DNA of 64,000 bases from IMG/VR virus record IMGVR_UViG_3300050026_000261, positions 4,703-68,702 of that record, one strand, 5' to 3'. Origin of the DNA: a virus. The position numbers and the translations under genes are program-made. The notes below the pieces were generated by a model. It was not told where the DNA came from and made no database searches. It saw only the letters and a list, made by a program, of their open reading frames with translations. This document shows positions 55,585 to 64,000 of this stretch, one piece after another (position 1 is the first letter of the stretch; every line of letters begins with the position of its first letter).

Positions 55585-55940
55585 TGCGTCCGCTCCTGAT
55601 CGCCCTGCTCCTGGTACTGATCCCGCACCCGCTCGCAATCGAGAGAGGGCCGGCTCAAGTAGCCAGCCGCCACGAATCAGCCCAAATCTTTCTCGCCACT
55701 GCCTACGTAGCGACAGGCCACAGGTGCAAGGATGGCAGTTGGCCGGTGGTAGGCAAGACGATAGCCGTTGACCCAAGTATCATCCCCCTGGGGTCAAAGG
55801 TGCAGGTAAACGGGGTGGAGATGGTGGCAAGGGATACCGGGGCCTTGATACGGGGGAGACATGTGGATTTGTTCGTGGGAAGCAGGGGCGAGGCCGTGAG
55901 TTAGGGCAGAAGATTGGTTGAGGTAGAAATCGAGAAGTGA
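55584..55940 (+). pseudogene. 3D-domain secreted protein with a premature amber codon
   Basis: Signal peptide; ATAY, IAVDPSIIPLGSKV, ARDTG, VDLF; TAG at 55902 where Trp of 'WGRR.V.V' is expected; frame continues to TGA 55940. Confidence 0.65.
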
Positions 55941-55962
55941 GATTTGGCGGCCAGAGCAGAAA
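55940..55962 (+). repeat. Gene-junction repeat AGATTTGGCGGCCAGAGCAGAAA (copy 1)
   Basis: Identical 23-mer at 57519-57541; variant at 56385-56410. Confidence 0.85.
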
Positions 55963-56384
55963 GGCAAGGCAAAGCACAATGGCGATCCAGCGAAGCGAAG
56001 AGGAAATCGAAAGGCTCTGTAGTGAACTGCAAACAAGCACCTACAACTACGGAACAGCAAAAGGATCAAACATTATGGAAGCGATCATAACCAATCCTGA
56101 CCAGCTTAACGCAGCAAAGAGGCTTTTGCATGATGTAATGAACGATCTAGGAAAAAATGCGTATGAAGCCGTGCATTTCTACCTGATCGAGCATCCTGAA
56201 CTACCAATAAAATAAACAACTGGCCTGGCCGCCAGTTAATTTTGAAGTGAGGGTGATCGAATGAGCGATATCTGCGAAGCAATGAACATCCCCACATGGG
56301 AAGCATCATTAATCTGTGGCTATGGCCACTGTTACTACTGCAAGCATTGCCCTAATGGAAAATATCGGGAAGTTCCGGAGTGAA

Positions 56385-56410
56385 AGATTTGGCGGCTGGA
56401 GCCAAGAAAG
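56385..56410 (+). repeat. Gene-junction repeat (variant copy 2)
   Basis: AGATTTGGCGGCTGGAGCCAAGAAAG just after a TGA stop. Confidence 0.7.
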
Positions 56411-56423
56411 TGAAGGTGAAGAT

Positions 56424-56915
56424 GTGAAAGCCATATCGATAATGCAACCACACGCATCATTAGTGGCAATCAGAGCGAAACACAACGAAACGCGTAGTTG
56501 GGCGACAAAGTACCGCGGGCCCCTGGTGATCCATGCAAGTGCCAAGATGGGCCGTAAACAGAAGGAATTGTGCCTTCAAGAGCCATTTGCGACAGCTATA
56601 TACGATTTGGTTATAGATGGAGGCGGGTTAAATCCTGTCATTGAATTTGATCTTGGCGCTATTATCGCTACCTGCAATTTAGTGGACATTTACGCCATAG
56701 CAGGCTACAAGGACATGATCAACGTCAATCCGAACGCCGAAAAGTTGCTCAGGCCATTCCCAGGCGAACCGGAGCGTTCCTTCGGTGACTACACCCCTGG
56801 TCGCTACGCCTGGATCCTTGCCGATATGCGCCAGATTGAGCCGATTCCCTGCAAAGGAAAACTGGGATTGTGGAACGTACCGACGGAGATTGAGGAGATG
56901 ATTAAACATGGATGA
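56424..56915 (+). CDS. ASCH-domain protein
   Basis: KAISIMQPHASLV...K..ETRSW.T.YRGPLVIHAS; GRYAW; GKLGLW. Confidence 0.9.
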   Translation: MKAISIMQPHASLVAIRAKHNETRSWATKYRGPLVIHASAKMGRKQKELCLQEPFATAIYDLVIDGGGLNPVIEFDLGAIIATCNLVDIYAIAGYKDMINVNPNAEKLLRPFPGEPERSFGDYTPGRYAWILADMRQIEPIPCKGKLGLWNVPTEIEEMIKHG

Positions 56916-57249
56916 TTGGCTGAAATCACTGAAAGTTGGCGATGAGGTCTGCTACACCTACACAGCGATAAGCAAACGGATCGTCATGACCACCGTTGCT
57001 AAAATCACGCCAACAGGAAAAATACGCACGGCAGACGGGAAACTGTTCGACGAAACAGGATTTCTCAAAGAAGGCCACGGATGGAACTGCACGTATTATC
57101 ATCTGTCGCCCATAACCGACGAGATCCGGTATGAGATCAGGTGCCGGGATCTGCTCAACCAAACAAGACGGATCAAATTTCCAGAGCTCACCAATGAGCA
57201 GCTTGAGGAAATAGTCAAGATAGCAGAGTTGGCACCGCAAGGCCGATGA
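56908..57249 (+). CDS. Hypothetical beta-barrel-like phage protein
   Basis: LKVGDEV...VAKITPTG motif; SD GAGGAG. Confidence 0.6.
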   Translation: MDDWLKSLKVGDEVCYTYTAISKRIVMTTVAKITPTGKIRTADGKLFDETGFLKEGHGWNCTYYHLSPITDEIRYEIRCRDLLNQTRRIKFPELTNEQLEEIVKIAELAPQGR

Positions 57250-57518
57250 TATGCCGTGGGTGATGAAATGATCTTATATGACATCAACTTTCTAATACCA
57301 ATCTACACTGACGGATTCGAAGATGGGCGAAAAAGTGAAGTATCTGCAAGATTACGAAACTTACCAAGTAAAAGCGCATTTTCTTCCTAAGGTCGGTGAG
57401 GAAGTAATGATTGATGAAGATGAATCGGAAAACGAATACACAGTAAAGCGCATTGTTCACCATTATGACAAGCATGGTGGTACATACCAATATACTGAAA
57501 TCTTTTTAACTGATTAAT

Positions 57519-57541
57519 AGATTTGGCGGCCAGAGCAGAAA
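57519..57541 (+). repeat. Gene-junction repeat (copy 3)
   Basis: Identical to 55940-55962; follows a TAA stop. Confidence 0.85.
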
Positions 57542-57957
57542 CGGAGGAACGACATGGCAACTAGGGCAAAGTTCAAGTGTTACAGTAAGTCAGCATACGA
57601 GCAAGGGTGCGGTGGTGTAGTCCTCAACCCAGTGTCAAGTCGTAGATATGCCTTGGCAAAATGCTCACGATGAATGGCTAATGAATATACGGCGGTATAA
57701 AAACAGGAGATACGATACTTTCCACTTGGCCGACATCGTCTCCTGCAAGGTGGGGTGGAAATGACCGACACCATCACTCGCAGATTCTCAACCGTTTCCG
57801 ATGTACGCAATTTCTTCCGAGATAGATATTACGGCCTGCCGATCAACGAAAAATTGGTTGAGCAGACATGCAGTAATTGCGGGATCGAGTATATTCCTGA
57901 CGTGATCAGGTACAGCGAGAATATGAGCGCAATTTGGGCGATGTGGGAGGACGCGAT

Positions 57958-60231
57958 ATGAACTATCAATCTTTCCTTGAATCCAAACGAATTATGACCG
58001 CCAGCGAGGGGATAACGGTCTCCAACGACGATATAAACCCGATCCTCTATCCCTTCCAGAGAGATGTAACCCGGTGGGCGCTGCGGAAAGGGAGAGCGGC
58101 ACTGTTCGAGGATTGTGGCCTCGGTAAGACATTCCAGCAGTTGGAGTGGGGGCGGCTGATCCACCTTCGTACTGGTGGGGACGTTCTGATCCTTGCTCCA
58201 CTGGCCGTGTCGAAGCAGACGAAGCGCGAGGCCTTGAAACTGGGCATGGATATTACCATTTGCCGCACTCAAGCCGATGTGAGACCGGGCATCAATATCA
58301 CCAACTATGAGATGCTGCAACACTTCATCCCCGAGGCCTTCGCCGGGATCGTGCTGGATGAGAGTTCAATCCTCAAGGCCTTCTCCGGGAAGTATCGCCA
58401 GGAGATTACCAAATTCGGCAGTAAGATTCCTTATCGGCTGGCTTGCACGGCCACGCCTGCGCCTAACGACCTGATCGAAATCACAAACCATGCAGAGTTT
58501 TTGGGCACCATGCGAGGCAAAGAGATCATTGCCCTGTTCTTCACCCAGGACGGTAACACAACCCACGCCTGGAGGCTCAAGGGCCACGCTAAAAAGGACT
58601 TCTGGACGTGGGTAGCCTCTTGGTGCGTGGCTATCAGGAAGCCCTCTGATTTGGGTTATGACGACGATAAATTCATACTCCCGAAATTAAATCTGATAGA
58701 GCACGTTCTTGAAGTGGAAAACTTCTCTGACCGGCTTTTCGTGGTGGAGGCTGAAACCCTGGAAGAACGCAGAAGAGCGCGGCAACTATCAACCAAGGAT
58801 AGGGTTGCAGAAGCGGCCCAGCTGGTAGCAGAAAAACCGGATGAACCGTGGCTGATCTGGTGTGACTTGAACCGTGAAAGCGAGGCCTTGAAGAAAGCCA
58901 TTCCGGGAGCGGTCGAGGTCAAAGGATCGGATTCCCCGGAGTACAAAGAAAACTCCCTTGTCGGCTTCACAAATGGAGATTTTAACGTCCTGGTGACAAA
59001 GCCCTCTATAGCCGGGTTCGGGATGAACTGGCAACATTGCAGCAACGTGATTTTCGTCGGACTATCTGATTCCTACGAGCAGTTCTATCAGGCCGTAAGA
59101 CGGTGCTGGCGGTTTGGGCAAGAGAAGGAAGTCAATGCCCATATTGTGATCGCCGAGACTGAAGGCAAAGTCAAAGAGAATATCCAGCGCAAGGAAAGGG
59201 ATGCTTCTGCCATGTTTGACAACATCATTGAGAATATGCAAGGCCTGCAGATGGACGGAGCTTTGCAGAGATCGGAGATGGAATACCTCGAGGACGTGGC
59301 CGAGGGCAAAGATTGGAAGATGTATCTTGGTGACAGCGTGAAGATGATTGACCAGATAGAGACTGACTCCATCGGGCTTTCGGTATTCTCCCCGCCGTTC
59401 CCCGGTATGTACGCCTATACCAATTCGACTCACGATATCGGCAACACGACCACCATTGATCAGATGATTGAGCATTTCTCCTTTCTGGTGGGCAACGACA
59501 AGCTGTGGCGGGTGCTGATGCCGGGACGTATCTGCGCTATCCATCTCTGCCAACTCACGGCCATGAAAAGCCGGGAAGGGTATATCGGGTTGCACGATTA
59601 TCGAGGAAGGGTTATTCAGATGATGATCGACGCTGGCTGGGTTTATGCGGGAGAAGTGACCATTGACAAGAATCCTCAGATCCAGGCTGTACGCAACAAA
59701 GAAAGAGGATTGCTTTTCAAAACATTGGCGACTGATGCCTCCCTGATGAGAATGTCATTGGGCGACTATCTGATCTACTTCCGCAAGCCCGGAGACAATA
59801 TAAAACCTATCAAGGCCGGGGTAAGCGGAAAATACAACAAAAATGGCGGCTGGATCACGGAAGAAGAATGGATCGAATGGGCTGCTCCAGTGTGGTATAG
59901 ACAGACAAAAGATTACCCAGGCGGCATCAGGGAGACCGACGTACTCAACGTGCGCCAGGCCAGGGAGACCGACGACGAGCGGCATCTCTGCCCACTGCAG
60001 TTGGGCGTGATTGAGCGGGCGGTAAAGCTTTGGAGCGCTCCCGGGGACACAGTGCTTGATCCATTTGCCGGTATTGGCTCGACTGGGTACAGGGCTTTGG
60101 AGCTGGGCCGCAAGTTCGTGGGGATCGAACTGAAAGAGAGTTACTTCCGGTCTGCTGTGCGGAACTTGAAAAGCGTCAAGAAAGACAATGCCCAAACATC
60201 CCTCGAGGATCTGCTCGGTGAAGCATTATGA
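57958..60231 (+). CDS. SNF2-like helicase fused to an N4/N6 DNA methyltransferase
   Basis: DCGLGKT, LDESS, TATPAPND, QAVRRCWRFGQ; SPPF, HLCPLQ, VLDPFAGIGST. Confidence 0.9.
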   Translation: MNYQSFLESKRIMTASEGITVSNDDINPILYPFQRDVTRWALRKGRAALFEDCGLGKTFQQLEWGRLIHLRTGGDVLILAPLAVSKQTKREALKLGMDITICRTQADVRPGINITNYEMLQHFIPEAFAGIVLDESSILKAFSGKYRQEITKFGSKIPYRLACTATPAPNDLIEITNHAEFLGTMRGKEIIALFFTQDGNTTHAWRLKGHAKKDFWTWVASWCVAIRKPSDLGYDDDKFILPKLNLIEHVLEVENFSDRLFVVEAETLEERRRARQLSTKDRVAEAAQLVAEKPDEPWLIWCDLNRESEALKKAIPGAVEVKGSDSPEYKENSLVGFTNGDFNVLVTKPSIAGFGMNWQHCSNVIFVGLSDSYEQFYQAVRRCWRFGQEKEVNAHIVIAETEGKVKENIQRKERDASAMFDNIIENMQGLQMDGALQRSEMEYLEDVAEGKDWKMYLGDSVKMIDQIETDSIGLSVFSPPFPGMYAYTNSTHDIGNTTTIDQMIEHFSFLVGNDKLWRVLMPGRICAIHLCQLTAMKSREGYIGLHDYRGRVIQMMIDAGWVYAGEVTIDKNPQIQAVRNKERGLLFKTLATDASLMRMSLGDYLIYFRKPGDNIKPIKAGVSGKYNKNGGWITEEEWIEWAAPVWYRQTKDYPGGIRETDVLNVRQARETDDERHLCPLQLGVIERAVKLWSAPGDTVLDPFAGIGSTGYRALELGRKFVGIELKESYFRSAVRNLKSVKKDNAQTSLEDLLGEAL

Positions 60232-60485
60232 TCGCTACCCTGGATGACCGCAGATATAATTTTTACGCCCTTGCAACCGCGATCCTCGCCAACGTCAGCG
60301 TCGATAAGGCGTTGATCAGGATGGAGTTAACGAATCCAAATGTGGCGACTGATGATCATCGGCTAGACGTCGAAGGCGCAATCAGGATGCTCGAGTCGGG
60401 GATGAGCTACCGGGAAATAGGTGAGTGTTACGGCGTTAGCGGAGACGTGATCTGGAAGCGGATCAAACGGTGGAAGGGGGAATGA
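60228..60485 (+). CDS. HTH protein
   Basis: GMSYREIGECYGVSGDVIWKRIK. Confidence 0.7.
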   Translation: MIATLDDRRYNFYALATAILANVSVDKALIRMELTNPNVATDDHRLDVEGAIRMLESGMSYREIGECYGVSGDVIWKRIKRWKGE

Positions 60486-60488
60486 GAC

Positions 60489-62228
60489 GTGAACAGAAGT
60501 AAACAAGTAAAAACTCGCAAAGCACACAACTGTTGGGGCTGTGAGAGAACGTTTCCTGCCGGGAGCAAGATGCGGCGACAGACAGCAGCAGACTACGACG
60601 GGATAATGTCTTTCTACTGGTGCGCCGTATGTGATGCGGAGATGGCAAGGTATCCACACAACGACTTCTGGGATGGGATCAACTATGGTGATGTCAAGAA
60701 TGGGAACGAAGAGACATGGAACGAGACCAGAAGAGAGATCGAGGGGGAATCAACGTGAAACTGTGTCAATTAATTTCCCAAGAGGACGAAGACGGTGCCA
60801 TATTCTGTACCTGCCTCTTTGCCGCAGATGATGATCAAGACATAACAGACATCCATGTAAACTGCGGCGGCTCTGTGGAAGATTGCCAGACCGTGTATAT
60901 CAAAACCGTCACCGACAAAGACGGAAACAAGCACCATGTAGTATTGCTGCCGGTGAGCGAGGAGGTGTCCAATGGCGACTGAATGGGTATATCTCTGCAC
61001 CTACTGTGAGTATTCGCATATTTGCACCAGTGCTCCATCGTGCCCTTTGATGTTTAATTACACCGTTTCGGTGGGGGTGGGAACCAATGGCATCTAACAT
61101 CGTCCATTGCCCCCGTTGCAAGTATCCCTACACGGACGTAGAAAAGGAGGCCCGGTACATCGTCCAACACGGCCAGTGCCCGTCCTGTGCCGCCCAGGAT
61201 GATGAAAAGGAGATCGACAAACTGCGGGATCAGTTGAGTGCTGCGGAGATGCGGATCGGGAAATATGTGGACCAAATACGGAAACTGCATGAATTGAACG
61301 ATCTCGAAGTGAATGTTAAACGTGAGCAGAGGGCGGAGATTACCAGATTGCGGGATGCGCTAGAACTCCATTTGCCTGATTGCACAGAGGATCGATGTGC
61401 TACCTGCTCCGTCTATGACGATCCTGGTGAGTGCGCTGAGAGACAGGCCGCTATTGCAATCTATGGCTGGAAATTAAGAGAGACAGACAACGGCGGGTAT
61501 CCTGGTTGCGAGGAAGGGGATGGAGTAGATGCCTGAGGTTAGAATACTGTTTTATTCTAGTTCCAAAGAAAAGGTATTTCCTGATGCCGATGGAGTCTAT
61601 ACCAAGGGTGGCTTGCTGTGCGTCAGGGCAGGAGAATACCTGATCAAATATCCACTTTGCAATGTTTTCAGCGTGGTTAGTAAACACGGAGCGCATTGGG
61701 GCAGCAAGGCACATTTAGATGGGGGGACGGAGTAGATGGACAGTAAATATATCGTTGGTTTCCTGATTGGCTTCATTGGCGCTGCGATATTACACCTTAT
61801 ATCTGATGCATCCTACCAACACACTTTGCAGATGATCGGTGACAGAAGGGCAGTGGAATGTATCCGGGGCAAATTTTACAGGATCGTACCGGCTTATGAC
61901 AAGGCATATATGGGATTTCCGAGGGGGGACGGAGTAGATGGACGCTAAGCGATCGCGAGAACTGCTGCGCCAGTTAAGTAAGACAGATAATCCGTATGTG
62001 GACGTGTGTCCTGCCGAGCTTGCCGATCTCCTGGACGCGGCAGAAAAACTACATGACACAGAGATCGATCTTCTGGAGTGGCGAGACGAGGCATATACGC
62101 AGAAGCGCATGAGGACGGCGGCAGAGAGCGCTGCACAGAGGCTGCGGGATGCGCTGGCGAAGATGGCTAGACACCCAGTTGATCTTGTAGCGGAGATAGC
62201 CAAGCAAGCCCTGGAGGTGTGTGAGTGA
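60489..62228 (+). other. Array of small overlapping early ORFs, several Cys-rich
   Basis: ORFs at 60489, ~60755, 61087, 61529, 61736 and 61938 with coupled stop/start junctions and SDs. Confidence 0.6.
61721..61943 (+). repeat. 21-bp direct repeat GGGGGGACGGAGTAGATGGAC flanking ORF 61736
   Basis: Exact copies at 61721-61741 and 61923-61943; core GGAGTAGATG also at 61522 and 63961. Confidence 0.85.
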
Positions 62229-62929
62229 TGGATGATGCAACTAGAAAGGCCAATCAGGAAGCTGAACTAAATAGGATGCGGCAAACAGCGAAGAAGCCAC
62301 GGTGGGAACCAAACAAGGCAATAAAAATGCAGCAGGACGAGATAGACCGCCTGCTCACTTGTATCTCCGATCAGGATCAGCTAATCGGCAGACTACAAGG
62401 CAATGTCGAGGGGCTGACCCGGCAGCTTGAGTCGGCGAAAGATGAACTGGGCGAAAATATGGAATGGCGGAAGCATGGAGCAGCCTTAAGTAGGCAGGTA
62501 TCTGATTTAAAACAAAAACTGGTTACCAAGAACATTATCCAGCAGCAACTTTCCGAACTCACAAAGCAACATGAGCAACTGAAATCCGATCACACCGCCC
62601 TGAAATCAGAGAATGAACGGTTAAAAGGTGATATTGAGAGACGGCAAGATCAGAAAGAACGGCTATTACAGGCTGAGGCGGCTGAGTACCGGGATGCCTT
62701 ACAAAAAACACTGGCCTGGTGCAGAGAGAATGACCTAATAATGGCGATAGATTCCCTCGGGGATCAACTGGAGAAATACCTCAAATCTACCACTGCCGGC
62801 GCCTCTCTCCTCGACAGGCTGAAGCGGCAGGATGCCGTGATCGAGGAGATCAAGAAAAACCGGGCATATCGGATAAAGAAAAAGTTGCTGCTGAAACAGA
62901 ATCCTGATTTAGATTTTCGGGAGGTGTGA
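62225..62929 (+). CDS. Mosaic coiled-coil protein (paralogue A)
   Basis: Shares KAIKMQQDEI, ISDQD..IG.L.GNVEG, AEAA and TAGA.LLDR blocks with the 63152 ORF. Confidence 0.7.
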   Translation: MMDDATRKANQEAELNRMRQTAKKPRWEPNKAIKMQQDEIDRLLTCISDQDQLIGRLQGNVEGLTRQLESAKDELGENMEWRKHGAALSRQVSDLKQKLVTKNIIQQQLSELTKQHEQLKSDHTALKSENERLKGDIERRQDQKERLLQAEAAEYRDALQKTLAWCRENDLIMAIDSLGDQLEKYLKSTTAGASLLDRLKRQDAVIEEIKKNRAYRIKKKLLLKQNPDLDFREV

Positions 62930-63151
62930 ACTGGATGCCATATGTCTGCTGTGCCGAGTGCAAGAAACTGGATACCTGCAAAAATGTATGCGATGGCCTG
63001 AACGGTGAAGACGATGAGCTTTGCACCGAAGAGATGCAGAAGCTTGGCTGTGATGAAATAACCGATGACGAAGACTGCTTTGAGCCGAAGGAGGCTTGAG
63101 AGCGAAGGCGATGATCGCACGTCAGGATGCTTTAGGGGGGCAGAATAAGCT

Positions 63152-63967
63152 ATGAAAGACATACCGTGGGATAAGGACAAGGCAATAAAAATGCAGCAGG
63201 ACGAGATAGGGCGCCTGGAAGGCGTAATAAAGCAGCAGATGGATCATGATGCTGGAGTTATAGCGAGGCTAAAGACTGAGGTATCCCGCCTCCTCACCCG
63301 TATCTCCGACCAAGATCACATAATCGGCCAATTAACAGGCAATGTCGAGGGGTACGCCATGAGATGCCACCAGTTGACTGAGGAGAAACATGGTGCCTAC
63401 ACCGAGCGTGACAAGTGCGTATCTCTGATTGCCCGGATCGCTCAGGCTATGGGCCTACCTGCTGGCATTGAACGGCACCCTGACGACGATCAGACATGGG
63501 ACGATGAATGGCGCAATATCATCCGTATTGATCTTCCTGCTGGTCAGGTGTCATGGCATATCCGTGATGACGAGCTACCCTTATTTTCGTTCCTACAGCC
63601 TTACAACGGAGAATGGGACGGCCACGACACCGAGGAGAAATACAGGCGGGTGTTGTCCTGCGAGAACGACAGGATCGGCGAGCGACTACGGGCTGAGGCA
63701 GCGTCTCACATAGCCATGTTACGACATTCCTTTGACATCGTTTCCGAAAACACTTCTGAAGACGATCCTACTAACCCCTTATACGATCTAGTTGACGAAA
63801 TTGACGGCTATATAGCGACATGCGACACTGCCGGGGCTGATCTGCTCGACCGGATGCGGAAGATGGAAAAGGTGTGCGAGGCAACAAAGGAATGGCTTTC
63901 TTGCCATACTCTACTTGCACAACGGGATCTGGCTATTGCTCTGGCGGAACTGAAAGGCGGGGAGTAG
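63152..63967 (+). CDS. Mosaic coiled-coil protein (paralogue B) with a GQVSWH domain
   Basis: Same blocks plus AYTERD...DLPAGQVSWH...WDGHDTEEKYRR. Confidence 0.7.
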   Translation: MKDIPWDKDKAIKMQQDEIGRLEGVIKQQMDHDAGVIARLKTEVSRLLTRISDQDHIIGQLTGNVEGYAMRCHQLTEEKHGAYTERDKCVSLIARIAQAMGLPAGIERHPDDDQTWDDEWRNIIRIDLPAGQVSWHIRDDELPLFSFLQPYNGEWDGHDTEEKYRRVLSCENDRIGERLRAEAASHIAMLRHSFDIVSENTSEDDPTNPLYDLVDEIDGYIATCDTAGADLLDRMRKMEKVCEATKEWLSCHTLLAQRDLAIALAELKGGE

Positions 63968-64000
63968 ATGATTAGTCAATTCTTAGATGTTTTAAATGTA

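Larger units (their letters stand above)
1..64000 (+). mobile_element. Myovirus-type phage/prophage genome segment (Firmicute host likely)
   Basis: Co-oriented terminase-portal-head-sheath-baseplate-lysis module followed by early/replication-recombination genes; no host housekeeping genes or att ends visible. Confidence 0.95.

Noticed and set aside
55902-55904. Genome-wide amber stop reassignment
   Set aside because: Many genes (terL, sheath, tube, hub) end properly at TAG with the next gene starting right after; no suppressor tRNA found
1-64000. CRISPR array or diversity-generating retroelement
   Set aside because: No regularly spaced repeat-spacer series, no reverse transcriptase motif and no TR/VR pair seen by eye

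Overview
The whole window is a contractile-tailed (myovirus-type) phage or prophage, probably of a Firmicute host judging by its strong GGAGG RBSs, sigma-A extended -10 promoters and a copper-amine-oxidase-N anchor domain. Gene order is late regulator, terminase, DUF1073-type portal, DUF2213/DUF2184 head, DUF3383 sheath, baseplate, lysis, an IS200/IS605 (tnpA+tnpB) insertion, and then early genes (Rha, XRE, DinG, split SbcCD, intein-containing SF2 helicase, methyltransferases, many small ORFs). Three things stand out. (1) The helicase intein (51094-52095) is dual-coding: a Zn-finger/DUF559-like endonuclease with its own RBS lies entirely inside it in the +1 frame. (2) A three-way-junction leader RNA with an anti-SD loop occurs three times, with compensatory changes, in front of three unrelated moron genes. 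(3) A Xer-like recombinase island in the head cluster carries a LexA-like box, a dif-like palindrome, an SGNH esterase and an antisense acetyltransferase, flanked by two sheath-domain paralogues. A formate/nitrite channel also sits among the late genes. All family calls come from motifs read by eye; no database searches were run.
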